Counted from the stretch's first letter, positions 1-10,300 are shown. The stretch is DNA of 64,000 nt from a virus (IMGVR_UViG_3300037067_009690:1-64000), one strand, 5' to 3'. Notes: generated by a model not told the origin, from the letters alone. Translations and numbers: made by a program.

Positions 1-285
1 CCTGCGTGCCACCGCAGTGATGGTCGCATCAGCGATAACCGCGACCTCACGGATCAGCACGTCCAGGCGGGCAGCCACCGTGACACGGAAACGCGACAGA
101 CCCAGCGGTAGAGCAGCGATCCACGCGGCCAGAGCAGCCGCCCCCACCGGGGGTGTGAGCGCGGCAACCAGTAGCGCCAGTAGCGCCGCTATCTCCGCCT
201 GATACGCGGCCGGGATCGACCCTTCGACGGGCTCCCCGGACGTGTCGGTCGCGTACCGGTCAGTTTCCCCATTGGACACGGGCAT
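1..285 (-). CDS. Partial CDS running off the window edge (MPVSNGETDRYATD...), probable virion/head morphogenesis protein
   Basis: ATG at 285 overlaps the TGA of the upstream GT2 gene (TGATG); frame is open to position 1. Function inferred from position only. Confidence 0.5.
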   Translation of the reverse strand, partial: MPVSNGETDRYATDTSGEPVEGSIPAAYQAEIAALLALLVAALTPPVGAAALAAWIAALPLGLSRFRVTVAARLDVLIREVAVIADATITAVARR

Positions 286-1370
286 CAGCGGCAGGCGGTG
301 ACGATCTGCGCCTTAGTCATCCCATCAGTGGCGATCCCGCGGGTGGCGGCGTACGCGGACCACTCAGCCTTGGGTGCGGCGGGCCGCGGACGAAGCGCTG
401 CGGGGGCCGAGGCCTCCACCACGAGTGCAGGCCCGGGATCAGGCTCAGGCTCCGCGACAACAGTTGGGGCATCCTCAACAACGGGAGGCGCAGGAGACTG
501 ATGAGGCTGCGGCTTCACAGCCACCGTGCAATCACTCCTGTCTGGGAACTCAAGCAACTCCCAATTAGGGAGACGATCCAGGCGCGGCTTACGCTGCGAG
601 AAACACACTTCCTGGCCGGAATTGCGATTACGGTACTTCCACAGCACTGGGATCTTCCTCACAATCGGCCTCGGCGCAGTAACCTCACCGGACTCCGGGT
701 CATCACCGATCCCGGATATGAGCGCGACCATCGCAGCCCTATCGAAACGCGCATCCTTATACCGGGCATGCAACTCGCACGACTCCTGCGACCCGCGGGT
801 CCGCGTCAACCGCGGCGGCTCCGGATGCCACAGGTGCCACAGCGGAGCCTTACCGCGCACCACCTCACCGGCAATCACATGCAAGGCCATCGCCCACGCC
901 GTGTCCTCCTGGCCCCACCCGTGGAAACGCGGATCCATCGGGACACTGTCAATGACATCCCTGGCCACAACAACGATGCCGCCGCCCAGGACACCCCTGT
1001 GTGATTCGCCGACATCCCCGCCGATAGGCCCGCCCGCGAGAACCTTGATGGTCGCAGGCCTAGTGAGCCGGTACACGCGAAGATGAGGCATCGCCCACGG
1101 TGCGCCAGCCCTCACAACCTCGATGGATGGCCTCACAGCTTCGCACCACACGTCGGCGTCAGCGACAACAATGACGTCGCCTGAAGCCTCGGTGAGAGCG
1201 TTCGCTACCGCCGTGCCCTTAGACCACGGTCGACCCGGGGGACAGGATCCCTCAATGATTTCGGCGCCAGGGAACTCGCGTGCCCATTTGTGTCTGACCA
1301 GTTCCCAGGCGACATCCCGGAACGCACCGTCCGGCCGCCATGGGACCACGATGCTGATTCCGGCGGTCAC
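285..1370 (-). CDS. Glycosyltransferase family 2-like protein with C-terminal Pro-rich linker and small HeH/LEM-like domain
   Basis: N-terminal ISIVVPWR, VVADAD (DxD), RFHGWGQEDT and LWHLWH motifs; tail AAPKAEWSAYAATRGIATDGMTKAQIV. Confidence 0.8.
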   Translation of the reverse strand: MTAGISIVVPWRPDGAFRDVAWELVRHKWAREFPGAEIIEGSCPPGRPWSKGTAVANALTEASGDVIVVADADVWCEAVRPSIEVVRAGAPWAMPHLRVYRLTRPATIKVLAGGPIGGDVGESHRGVLGGGIVVVARDVIDSVPMDPRFHGWGQEDTAWAMALHVIAGEVVRGKAPLWHLWHPEPPRLTRTRGSQESCELHARYKDARFDRAAMVALISGIGDDPESGEVTAPRPIVRKIPVLWKYRNRNSGQEVCFSQRKPRLDRLPNWELLEFPDRSDCTVAVKPQPHQSPAPPVVEDAPTVVAEPEPDPGPALVVEASAPAALRPRPAAPKAEWSAYAATRGIATDGMTKAQIVTACR

Positions 1371-2011
1371 AATTCCCCCAATGCGTCAACGAGTCTCTGT
1401 TGTATCGCCTCTATGTCTGTGTCCAGTGATGTCAGGTGGTCAACCCACTTATAGTTTCCGCCGCCGACTCTCTCGTGTGGTATTCGCATCACTGGGATAC
1501 CGAATGATTGGGCGACGATCAGGCCGTGGAGCGACGACGATGCGATCACCGAGCATGACGTGATCTGCGCGATAACGTCATCGACGGGAGCGGTGACATC
1601 AATGCGCAGGTCACATTCCCGGTACGGGTTCGCGTCAACATAGTGGGGGACTACACCCATCCGGTATCGGGCGGGGGACCGGTCCCACAGTGCGGACACC
1701 AACAGCCCAGGGTCACCGGTCGGGACGTCCACGCCGAGCATCGACGCAGTGAGGTGCCCGCGGACCGCCAGGACCCGGGCCGGTGTTACACCGGGCTGGC
1801 GCTGCGGTGACATGGCCCCGGACCCCCAGATCGCTGTCCGGGGGTCAGTGAGCATGTGCAGGATCGACCCGCACGCGACGATCTCAGCGTCACCGACAGG
1901 CACGTCGCGGACGGTCCACCCGAGGCGCCGCAGAATCGCCGGGCCCAGGGCGTCACCGAAGTTTTCGCGGCCGTCCCGCATCCGCCAATGCCACGCCCCG
2001 ACAACAGTCAC
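1367..2011 (-). CDS. Polysaccharide pyruvyl transferase family protein
   Basis: NFGDALGP, GSILH, WGSG, AVRGHLT, GDPGLL, VVPHY, SSSLHGLIVAQSFGIP motifs. Confidence 0.85.
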   Translation of the reverse strand: MTVVGAWHWRMRDGRENFGDALGPAILRRLGWTVRDVPVGDAEIVACGSILHMLTDPRTAIWGSGAMSPQRQPGVTPARVLAVRGHLTASMLGVDVPTGDPGLLVSALWDRSPARYRMGVVPHYVDANPYRECDLRIDVTAPVDDVIAQITSCSVIASSSLHGLIVAQSFGIPVMRIPHERVGGGNYKWVDHLTSLDTDIEAIQQRLVDALGEL

Positions 2012-2601
2012 CGGGCGAGACGGGTTTTCGCTAGCCGCCCGGCAACGAGTTCCGGGGCGGCAATGATGCCCTGCGTTATCAGCGCGTCGATAGCGGATTT
2101 AACGCCGGTGCCATGCGTGTAGTCGTCGAACAGGATTGTTGCCCCGTCGGCGAGCCACGGCGCCCAGGACATTACGTCGGCGCGGACTGCTTTCGCGGAG
2201 TGGTCGGCGTCGATGAACAGGAGCCCAACAGGTTTACCTGACCACGTCGCGGCAGCCTCAACGGACGACTTGCGTTCCAGGTGCACAATGCTGTTCAGCC
2301 CACACCGGGCGACATTCCCGAACGCTGCGACCCTAGTGGCAGTTTCCTGCGATGCCTGCCTGGTCCGGTGACGAGCCCGGTCTGTCTCGGTGTCCCACAG
2401 GTCGAAGCCGTACACTCGGGCCCGCCTGCCGGCCATTGACCCGGCGCCGAGCCAGCACGTCGACCTGGCCATGTACACGCCCAGTTCAACGATCGCGCGT
2501 TTCCGGTGAACGACCTTAGCGTGCTCATACAATTCCATGCACGCCTCGCTCGACATGAGCCCGTTCACGGACTCAAGCAACACGAAATCAGTAACGGTCA
2601 T
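2008..2601 (-). CDS. Class I SAM-dependent methyltransferase (Methyltransf_24-like)
   Basis: IVELGVYMARST, VYGFDLW, LLFIDADH, ILFDDY motifs. Confidence 0.85.
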   Translation of the reverse strand: MTVTDFVLLESVNGLMSSEACMELYEHAKVVHRKRAIVELGVYMARSTCWLGAGSMAGRRARVYGFDLWDTETDRARHRTRQASQETATRVAAFGNVARCGLNSIVHLERKSSVEAAATWSGKPVGLLFIDADHSAKAVRADVMSWAPWLADGATILFDDYTHGTGVKSAIDALITQGIIAAPELVAGRLAKTRLAR

Positions 2602-3214
2602 GCGTCGTCCCCCACTGGTGCGATCCGTACACTATCCCGTCGTACCCGGGGCCGGGCCGACCGTTCATTCTCGTGGGCAGGAACGCCCCGGACGGCAGGA
2701 TCTCCACGTCATCCCGTGACGTCATGATCGGCGTGAGGATACCGGCCCCGGTTTTCACCCACGACGGGTGAACATCCGTGACGTCAACGTCGCCGAGGAG
2801 CCGCTGGTATTCGAGGATCCCCGGGTGACCTGGCGTGCACCCGAGGACAGCGTTCGTGACGCGAGCCGAGTTGTTCGGCGACCAGCACGCGAACATCCCC
2901 GACCGAAGGAAAGGAGCCCCCTCCAGTGGGGTCACGCACTCCATGTCTGAATCAACATAGACGCCACCGAACCGGGCGAGGATATCCACGCGGGCCACGT
3001 TCACGGCCCCACACCAGCGGCCGTCACGGCAGTACGCGTCCCACAGGCCCCGGTGCGCCAACCCCATGCCAGTGATTCTCTCGGCGTCCCACAGCGTGTA
3101 CTGCCACCCAGGGTGACGCGACTCCCAGCCGTCCATCCACTGCCGCGGGGCCGGTTTAGGGCCGATCCACACTTGGTGGATCACGCGGGGAATCACGTCA
3201 CCCTGGAATGCCAT
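2588..3214 (-). CDS. DXD glycosyltransferase (GT32/Gly_transf_sug-like)
   Basis: IPRVIHQVWIG, ARVDILARFGGVYVDSD, NAVLG and KTG motifs. Confidence 0.85.
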   Translation of the reverse strand: MAFQGDVIPRVIHQVWIGPKPAPRQWMDGWESRHPGWQYTLWDAERITGMGLAHRGLWDAYCRDGRWCGAVNVARVDILARFGGVYVDSDMECVTPLEGAPFLRSGMFACWSPNNSARVTNAVLGCTPGHPGILEYQRLLGDVDVTDVHPSWVKTGAGILTPIMTSRDDVEILPSGAFLPTRMNGRPGPGYDGIVYGSHQWGTTHDRY

Positions 3215-3221
3215 TGTTCTG

Positions 3222-4127
3222 TCAGCTTCCGTTCGTGATCAGAACCGCCCGGTTGGCGTCGAGGGTCTTCACGCCGTACAGGCAGTCAATGGAGCACACG
3301 TCCTGCTTCTTGTCGATGTCGTAGTCGAAGACGACCCGCAACCCGAATCCCTTATAGGATTCGACGGCGAACTTCGCGGCACCCATAGGCAGGGCCAGGG
3401 GCCTGGTCGCCAGGGCAACCGCGGTCCGGTGGAAAGCGACACTGATCTCCGGGTCGTCGTCGATGTTCTGCGTCTGATACGGGTCGAAACCGAAGACCCT
3501 CCGGCCCAGGGAAGCCTCACGCAGGCCGTCCGTGTCGCCGCGGGCGTCAGCACGCAGGAACAGGTCATCAGCGATCCACGACGCCTCAGTGTTCGGGCCG
3601 ACAATGACGAACCGGTCACCCGGGGGAACCTTCCTCTGGTTCAGGACCCGCTGGGCGTCAATGCACGTCCGGGGGTTCGTGTACGCGAAAGTGTTCGTCC
3701 CGGTGATACCGGTGGTGGTTCCGCCGGCGACACCGACCTGCTGCACGATGTCGTCCCGGAACGCGAGGATGTCGTTGTCGATCTTCTGGGCGATCGCTTC
3801 CATCGCCGGGTTCAGGAGCTGCCGCGCGAAGTCCTCGATCTTCAGCGTCAGGTCCTCGGCGGTGATAGCGAACGACACGTCCGCGAAGTGGTTCAGGACC
3901 ACAGGGACAGCCGTCTCAGTGGCGTTCTGCACGGTGATACCAGCGACCCGCACATACTCTTGCGCGGTGAAAGTCGCCGGGACACGCACGTTGACGGTCG
4001 TCCCGATCTTCGCCTGGAACTCGGAATCGAACTCCCGGTACACGCACTGCGCGGCGACGGTGGTCTCGTAGAGGGTGGCCAGCGCCTGCTTGGCGATGAC
4101 ACTCGGGTTAAGGAACGTGTTCGCCAT
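3222..4127 (-). CDS. Major capsid protein, P22 coat (gp5)-like
   Basis: MANTFLNPSVIA...KIGTTVNVRVP...DCLYGVKTLD; follows the scaffold gene. Confidence 0.9.
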   Translation of the reverse strand: MANTFLNPSVIAKQALATLYETTVAAQCVYREFDSEFQAKIGTTVNVRVPATFTAQEYVRVAGITVQNATETAVPVVLNHFADVSFAITAEDLTLKIEDFARQLLNPAMEAIAQKIDNDILAFRDDIVQQVGVAGGTTTGITGTNTFAYTNPRTCIDAQRVLNQRKVPPGDRFVIVGPNTEASWIADDLFLRADARGDTDGLREASLGRRVFGFDPYQTQNIDDDPEISVAFHRTAVALATRPLALPMGAAKFAVESYKGFGLRVVFDYDIDKKQDVCSIDCLYGVKTLDANRAVLITNGS

Positions 4128-4145
4128 TTCGGCGCGTCCTTTCTG

Positions 4146-4895
4146 CTAGGAGCGCCGGTGTATTTTTTCTTGCCGGAGCTCGTCAATTGTCATGTCTTCA
4201 CGGCGCTTAGGTTTCACCCCGGCGACGGTTGTCCCGCCGGAGACCTTCGCGGCACTCGACTGCTCGGGTGCCTTCAATGACGCGTCGGCTTCCACGGCCT
4301 TAGCGACCGCTTCGGCTACAGCAACCCGGTATCCGTCTCCTGCCGGGTCAATGTCCTTCACTGTCCGCATGAACGCCCTGGAATCCAGGAGCCTGTCCGC
4401 CCGCGCCGAATGCATGGTCGCTGCGTCCTGCACAGCGACCTCCAGGGAAAGGTCCCGGAACTGCCGGTCTCTTTCCTCGCGGGCGGTGCGTTCCTCATCC
4501 CGTTCCCTGGTGACCTTCTCCAGGACCTGCTCCGGGGTGAGTTCCTGTTCCTCTTCAGCGGTCAACCCGAGAGCCTTAGCGAGGCGGGCGTTGTGCGCGG
4601 CCAGCGCGTCAGCGACAGCCTTCTCGCGGGCAGCCTCAGCGCCGGCCTGAGCGGCCGCACGTGCCTCCGCTGCGGCCTTCTCCTTCGCTGCCGTACGGTC
4701 CCGGCCGTTCTCGGCGCGGAGCCGCTGGATCTGCTTCTGAGCCCACTCGGGCAGGGACGCGACGTCCTCGCTGTCAGTGGACTCGACCTCGGTACCGGTC
4801 GACTCATCGACCGTGTCCGGGGTTTCCTCGGTCACCGTCTCTTTGGGCGCCTGGCCCTCAGCGGTTTCCTCGGTCACATCGTTTTCTTCGGGCAT
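4146..4895 (-). CDS. Capsid scaffolding protein
   Basis: Acidic N-terminus, LPEWAQKQIQRLRAEN coiled coil; lies between portal and capsid genes. Confidence 0.8.
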   Translation of the reverse strand: MPEENDVTEETAEGQAPKETVTEETPDTVDESTGTEVESTDSEDVASLPEWAQKQIQRLRAENGRDRTAAKEKAAAEARAAAQAGAEAAREKAVADALAAHNARLAKALGLTAEEEQELTPEQVLEKVTRERDEERTAREERDRQFRDLSLEVAVQDAATMHSARADRLLDSRAFMRTVKDIDPAGDGYRVAVAEAVAKAVEADASLKAPEQSSAAKVSGGTTVAGVKPKRREDMTIDELRQEKIHRRS

Positions 4896-4972
4896 GCGTC
4901 TGCACTCCTGGTGCGTCGGCGGATCGCGTCACCGGGCCAGCCGGGGACGCCATGGGAATGTGCTTCCTGGTG

Positions 4973-6517
4973 CTAAACCTGCTCTTCCATTACGGGCCGA
5001 CCGTCGCCGACACCGCCGATAACAGACTCAGGGTCCGGCACGGATCGCCCGGTCTCCGAGTAGATGCGGTCGACTTCCTCGCGGACCGCCGTCTCATCCC
5101 ATTCGGGGTGAAGGATCTGTACCCGCTGCCGAATTGACGCTGCCTCGGCCTGCGCGAGCATCGAAAGGGTCTGCGCCGTGGTCGACATTGATTCGGAGAT
5201 GGAGTCACCGAACTCGACCTTGAGTCGCCCCGGTTTCGTCGCTGTGTGGAACACGGCCCGGTCGACGTCGAGGAGTTTCTCCATGGACTTGCGCAGCGCC
5301 ACCCAATGCAGGGTTTTCTTTCCGCGGGTCATGAACGACATTCCCGTGCGGGCCTGCACCTCAGTGGCGGTCACCGCGACCTCAGACACGCCCAGACCGA
5401 AGGACTGCGCCGAATACCCGCAGGACCGGATGATCTGATCCGTGAACCCAGCGCAGCCGCGGAGGTGTTCCTCGACGCGGATCAACGGCTGGATCAGTTT
5501 CACCGGATCCGACGGGCGCTCCATCGGCGACATGGGGATCGGCACGAAAATCCGGCGATCCAAGTCCACGCTCACGCCCTGACCTGGGCCACGAGGAGTC
5601 ACCGCAGGGGAATCAGCTGTGACAACGGCGCGGGCCTTACACAGGTCGAACTCGCGGGACAGCGACGACCACGTCGCATCCAACTGGTCCATGAACTGCA
5701 TCGACCCAGGCGAATAGTCGGACCGCCCGAGGTTAGACCCGCGGTGCAACCGGTTCGGCAGCATGTTCGGTACATGCTCGATCAGCATGCCATTGACGCC
5801 GGTCCTGATCTCATCCGTGAACCGCTCCGTCGCAGGATGCTCGGCGAGGTCAAGTTTCTCCCCGAGACTACGAATGTCACCCCGATACAGGCCGTGGAGG
5901 ATCAGTCCGTCCTCGTACCGCTCCAGGTGCCGCCACACCCGCGGGCCATCGGACTCCAGTTCAGTCCAGATCGTCGCCGCCGACAGGACGTCCCCGCGCC
6001 ACTCGGGGGCCACAGCATCAGCGTGGACGACCCGCAGCCACGGGTGGTCCCGGAGGTCCGTGTCCCACGCCACGACCAGGTACACGTCGCCCAGCGCAGA
6101 GCACACCTCCGCCGCACCGAGCAGCCGGGACTGCACACCGCCCTCATCCATCAGCCAGTCGACACGGTCCTGCGTCGCCTCGTCGTCGGCGGTGACCGTG
6201 GGCGGCTCAGAGAACAGAAGGTCCGCTGACATTGTCGCGATATCGGATGCTATCGGCAGGTGTAGTTTCGTGAGTTTCTCGCCGGCCGGAGGCGGTGTGC
6301 CCCAGAACCATCGCAGCTCCGACTCGGCGATACTCGACCGCAACGCGGACGCACTGTTCTTCTGGTCCAGTGGGTCAAGACCGGAAGAAGACCCGTACAG
6401 TTCAGCGAGTTTCATCGGGTCACCCGCGTACCACGTCGACAACTCGTGATACCTGGTGTAGTCGACCTGAATGTCCTTCGGTGGCCACATAGTCTTGCCG
6501 GGGGCAGGCAACGGCAT
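4973..6517 (-). CDS. Phage portal protein (SPP1/A118-like)
   Basis: 514 aa directly after TerL; LHLPIASDIATMSADLLFSEPP, GRSDYS, TATEV motifs. Confidence 0.88.
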   Translation of the reverse strand: MPLPAPGKTMWPPKDIQVDYTRYHELSTWYAGDPMKLAELYGSSSGLDPLDQKNSASALRSSIAESELRWFWGTPPPAGEKLTKLHLPIASDIATMSADLLFSEPPTVTADDEATQDRVDWLMDEGGVQSRLLGAAEVCSALGDVYLVVAWDTDLRDHPWLRVVHADAVAPEWRGDVLSAATIWTELESDGPRVWRHLERYEDGLILHGLYRGDIRSLGEKLDLAEHPATERFTDEIRTGVNGMLIEHVPNMLPNRLHRGSNLGRSDYSPGSMQFMDQLDATWSSLSREFDLCKARAVVTADSPAVTPRGPGQGVSVDLDRRIFVPIPMSPMERPSDPVKLIQPLIRVEEHLRGCAGFTDQIIRSCGYSAQSFGLGVSEVAVTATEVQARTGMSFMTRGKKTLHWVALRKSMEKLLDVDRAVFHTATKPGRLKVEFGDSISESMSTTAQTLSMLAQAEAASIRQRVQILHPEWDETAVREEVDRIYSETGRSVPDPESVIGGVGDGRPVMEEQV

Positions 6518-6537
6518 CAGACAGCGCCCCCTCCGAT

Positions 6538-7824
6538 TTACGCGGCCTCCCGGAGACCGACCTGATTACGCCAAGACCACTCAGTCGTGTAAATCCCGTA
6601 CCTAAGAGCATCGGGCCCATGGTCAGCTACCTTGATTACTTCGTCCTTGCCCTTGGCGGCAGCCTTATCATCCCAGCTGAGTGACGTCATCTCATCAATG
6701 AGCGCCCTGCAGTTACCGTTGATCCTCAGAAGATCACGTGCTATCAACGTCGACACACAACGGATACCATCCAAAACGGAGTTATCCGCCTTGGTCGGAG
6801 ACCAGCCATCATCCCACAACTGCACAATGAATGACGCCGCCGACGGGTCAACGACTATCTTCTCGGGAACCACCCCCGGATGCTTAGTCCCAGGAGCCGT
6901 ATACGAACTCAGCCACGCAGCGATAGCCGCAGAATACTGCCCATCAGTCTTCTGCCTCTTCTGAATAGCCGAATCCCACCGCCACTCATCGGCTACATGC
7001 ATCCGCCCATCAACACCGATGCCGAGAAGCTCGGCGGCGAACGGATTCTTCGTGCCATAGTCGATGCCCACACTAGGCCACCGCAGAATCAACGGCGTCT
7101 CACGCTCAACATGCCGGCCGACGTCGAACATGTCGAACACAGCGCCCTCAGCCGCAACCCACTCAGCAAGAATGTACCGCCGGTAAAACAGCCCAGTGTA
7201 ACTGGCCTTAGTCCGCTCAACATACCCGGCAGGAAGATGAGGGTTATCGTCCATGACGAACGTGATGCGGTGCAGATCAATCCCATTCGCGTTCTCATGG
7301 AACTTCCCGTCACGGTCAATCCACAGCCGAGCACGATCCAGCCACTTCGTCTTCAACCAATGAGCAGGAGACGCAGGATTCGACGTCAAAAACAGTTTCG
7401 CGCCCTCAACGGACAAGCGAGTATGCAACATCCCGAAGAACGACTCAGGGACCGTCGCACATTCATCGACATACGCGCCAGACAAGGTGAGACCCTGGAT
7501 CTTCGTCACCGACGACTCATCATTAGCGCCAACAACAAGGATCCGGCGGCCAAGCAGATACAGGACACCCTTACCAGCAACATACCTGCACCTGGACTTA
7601 CCGAGCATCTCCGTCATCGGATCAATGACATTCTGGCGGATCGTGCGCTCAGTCTTACCTACCATCAGCAACGTACCTGCCGGGCCACGCCTAGCATAGT
7701 CGATCCACTGAATCATCGACGTATGCGTCTTACCCGACCTAACGGAACCCTCATACGCGACAACCGTCGCGCCACTGTTCCTCACCGCCAACAGGGCCTT
7801 ACCAGATAGAGGCTTCGCCTCCAC
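6538..7824 (-). CDS. terL: Terminase large subunit (PBSX-like)
   Basis: Walker A EGSVRSGKT, YVDE, TSNP motif C, GIDYG, VDPSA, DHGPDALRY nuclease motif. Confidence 0.95.
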   Translation of the reverse strand: MEAKPLSGKALLAVRNSGATVVAYEGSVRSGKTHTSMIQWIDYARRGPAGTLLMVGKTERTIRQNVIDPMTEMLGKSRCRYVAGKGVLYLLGRRILVVGANDESSVTKIQGLTLSGAYVDECATVPESFFGMLHTRLSVEGAKLFLTSNPASPAHWLKTKWLDRARLWIDRDGKFHENANGIDLHRITFVMDDNPHLPAGYVERTKASYTGLFYRRYILAEWVAAEGAVFDMFDVGRHVERETPLILRWPSVGIDYGTKNPFAAELLGIGVDGRMHVADEWRWDSAIQKRQKTDGQYSAAIAAWLSSYTAPGTKHPGVVPEKIVVDPSAASFIVQLWDDGWSPTKADNSVLDGIRCVSTLIARDLLRINGNCRALIDEMTSLSWDDKAAAKGKDEVIKVADHGPDALRYGIYTTEWSWRNQVGLREAA

Positions 7825-7826
7825 CG

Positions 7827-8321
7827 CTAACCCTGCTCGCCAGCATCACGACACATCATCGCACGCAGCCACTGGTCAACCAACGGCAGCTGAGTCTCAT
7901 CAGAGTCGACCTGCTCAAGCCGCACAGCAGCCTGCGCGCCAGTACTGATCGCACCAACCAGAGCCTTACGATCCTGCGCCGGCAGACGAGCAAGGTGATA
8001 CTCGACGGCCTGCCCGGCGCTGACCTCAACCAAGTCATACCCGTCAGGCTGATTCAGATACTTGATGTCGTCCTCAGCGACGTCATATAAGGCGCCAATG
8101 ATCCTCGCGCGACGCGCCTTATTGTCCTCAACCTTCATGGCGGTCGCCTTAGCTGTCGGCCGCTGATCGAAGCTCAGCCCGAACTCCCTAGCGATAGCCT
8201 GGATGGTCCCCGCGCCCCTGCCGAGTTCCTTGGCGATCCACCGCAGCGAATGACCCTCCGCGTGGTATCGCCGGACTGATTCGCGTTCCTCGTCGGTCGG
8301 CGGGCAATTGGCTGCCATCAC
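7827..8321 (-). CDS. terS: Terminase small subunit (N-terminal HTH)
   Basis: HTH SLRWIAKELGRGAGTI; directly upstream of terL. Confidence 0.65.
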   Translation of the reverse strand: MMAANCPPTDEERESVRRYHAEGHSLRWIAKELGRGAGTIQAIAREFGLSFDQRPTAKATAMKVEDNKARRARIIGALYDVAEDDIKYLNQPDGYDLVEVSAGQAVEYHLARLPAQDRKALVGAISTGAQAAVRLEQVDSDETQLPLVDQWLRAMMCRDAGEQG

Positions 8322-8477
8322 GGCCTCGCGTGCGCGCGAATGATGGCTGTACGTGTGCTCGTGTTTCTTGGCATGTCGGTTCCTCGCCCCGTTCTGCGTC
8401 CCCGGCTCCTGGCCGGTTGGCTCCGCTCCTGGCGGTCGTCACGGTGGATGGTGTGATGCGGTGATGTTACCGGCCAG

Positions 8478-8747
8478 TCAGCCGGGGCCGATGCGTTCTC
8501 CGCGTGGGGGTTTCCCGGACTCGACGCGGTGCAGGTCCGACCCGGCCGAGTGGCCGAAGACCTCGGCGAACCATTTCGAGGTGGTCGCGTCGAGTTTCTG
8601 CGGGTCCTGGATGTATTTCGCGAGGTGCCTGCGGAGCGTCGTCCATGGATGAGGTTTTGTCCGCCACTTCGCCAGGCCCTCGCCGGCGACCCAGTACGCG
8701 TGGAGACGTGCTGCGCCCTCGGCGCCTTCCGGGGACTTGACGACCAT
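8478..8747 (-). CDS. Conserved actinophage hypothetical protein
   Basis: RLHAYWVAGEGLAKW...PWTTLRRHLAKY motif resembles sequences in actinophage head regions (recollection). Confidence 0.55.
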   Translation of the reverse strand: MVVKSPEGAEGAARLHAYWVAGEGLAKWRTKPHPWTTLRRHLAKYIQDPQKLDATTSKWFAEVFGHSAGSDLHRVESGKPPRGERIGPG

Positions 8748-8972
8748 GCCGACTCCCTGCCGCTGTGGTCACCGCTGACGCGGTCCGCTTCACCAGCCAG
8801 GTCCCAGGGTTGGGCACCTGCCGTCGTCTCCCTGGGGATGCACGTGACCCCGGGGCACTGGGGTCACGGTCTGTTGACGCGCACGCGCGGGCTCGGATGG
8901 TCCTGTCCTCGCGCGGGTGGTCACCTGTATCAGATTGTTGCGTTACCGCAGGTGAACGTCAAGCCACGTCAC

Positions 8973-10300
8973 CGAAGATGCTTCAGGATGCCCCGCCGTG
9001 AACGGCGGGGAGGAATGGAGTGCAGCGGGTGGCACGTCATGAGCATGTCCTTACGGCAGGGTGGTGTATCCTGTAAGGGTGCAGAGGGCGTTCCGGTACC
9101 GGTTCCATCCGACGCCGGCCCAGGAGCAGATGCTTGCCCGGACGTTCGGGTGCATCCGCGTGGTCTGGAACCGGACCCTCGACGCACGACACCGCGCCTA
9201 CCACACAGAAGGCCGGACGGTCGGGTACGCAGAAACCGACTCCGCGTTGACCGCGATGAAGAAGCTGCCCGAGTTCGAGTGGCTCAACGAGGTGTCGTCG
9301 GTCCCGTTGCAACAGACCCTCCGCCACCAGCACAAGGCGTTCAGCGCGTTCTTCGCCAAGCGCGCCCGGTACCCGCGGTTCAAGAACCGCAACGGGCGGC
9401 AGTCCGCGACATACACCCGGTCCGCGTTCTCCTGGCGGGACGGACAACTGAAGCTCGCGAAGATGACCGAGCCGCTGGTGATCATCTGGTCCCGGCCACT
9501 GCCCGAGGGAACCACTCCCACGACGGTGACCGTGTCGAAGGACTGCGCCGGACGCTGGCACGTCAGCATGCTGGTCGACGACCCATCGGTGCAGCCGCTT
9601 CCAGAAACAGGGTCCACGGTCGGTGTCGACCTCGGGTTGAAGGACTTCGCGGTCCTGTCGACCGGGGAACACATCCCGCACCCCAAGCACTACCAGCGCA
9701 AGGAACAACGCCTCGCCCGGTACCAGCGGCAGATGGCCCGCAAGCGCAAGGGATCAGCGAACCGGGCCAAGGCCCGGGTGAAGGTAGCCCGCGCCCACGC
9801 CCGTGTAACGGACGCGCGCCGAGACTTCCTCCACAAGACCAGCACCGACCTGATCCGCCGGTTCGATGTGATCTCCGTCGAGGACCTGAACGTGTCGTGC
9901 ATGGTCCGCAACCGGTCCCTGGCCAAGTCGATCGCCACGTCTGGGTGGGCCGAGTTCCGGTCGATGCTCGACTACAAGGCGGCCTGGTACGGGCGTCGCG
10001 TGGCCGTCGTGGACCGCTGGTACCCGAGTTCGAAGACGTGTTCGGGGTGCGGGCACTTGCTCGCTGCCCTCTCTCTTGGGACACGTCATTGGACGTGCCC
10101 CGCGTGCGGCACCCGGCACGACCGGGACCACAACGCCGCGAAGAACATCGATGCCGCTGGACGAGCGGTAGCCCGCGAGGGCGAAGCCTGCGGAGCGGGT
10201 GTCAGACGCGGTGGGCAACCACCTGTGCGACCTGCCGTGAAACAGGAACCCCTGGTCGCAAGGCCGAGAATCCCCGCCCTTTAGGACGGGGAGAAGTCAA
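8973..10300 (+). mobile_element. Non-autonomous IS200/IS605-family element (tnpB only, no tnpA)
   Basis: Left hairpin CCCCGCCG-TGAA-CGGCGGGG at 8991-9010; right hairpin GAAT-CCCCGCCCT-TT-AGGACGGGG followed by TCAA end at 10297-10300; left boundary inferred after TCAC at 8969-8972. Confidence 0.8.
9061..10284 (+). CDS. tnpB: TnpB RNA-guided endonuclease
   Basis: AFRYRFHPT HTH; RuvC-I VGVDLGLKD, RuvC-II VEDLNV, Zn finger CSGCG...CPACG, RuvC-III HDRDHNAAKNI. Confidence 0.95.
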   Translation: MVYPVRVQRAFRYRFHPTPAQEQMLARTFGCIRVVWNRTLDARHRAYHTEGRTVGYAETDSALTAMKKLPEFEWLNEVSSVPLQQTLRHQHKAFSAFFAKRARYPRFKNRNGRQSATYTRSAFSWRDGQLKLAKMTEPLVIIWSRPLPEGTTPTTVTVSKDCAGRWHVSMLVDDPSVQPLPETGSTVGVDLGLKDFAVLSTGEHIPHPKHYQRKEQRLARYQRQMARKRKGSANRAKARVKVARAHARVTDARRDFLHKTSTDLIRRFDVISVEDLNVSCMVRNRSLAKSIATSGWAEFRSMLDYKAAWYGRRVAVVDRWYPSSKTCSGCGHLLAALSLGTRHWTCPACGTRHDRDHNAAKNIDAAGRAVAREGEACGAGVRRGGQPPVRPAVKQEPLVARPRIPAL

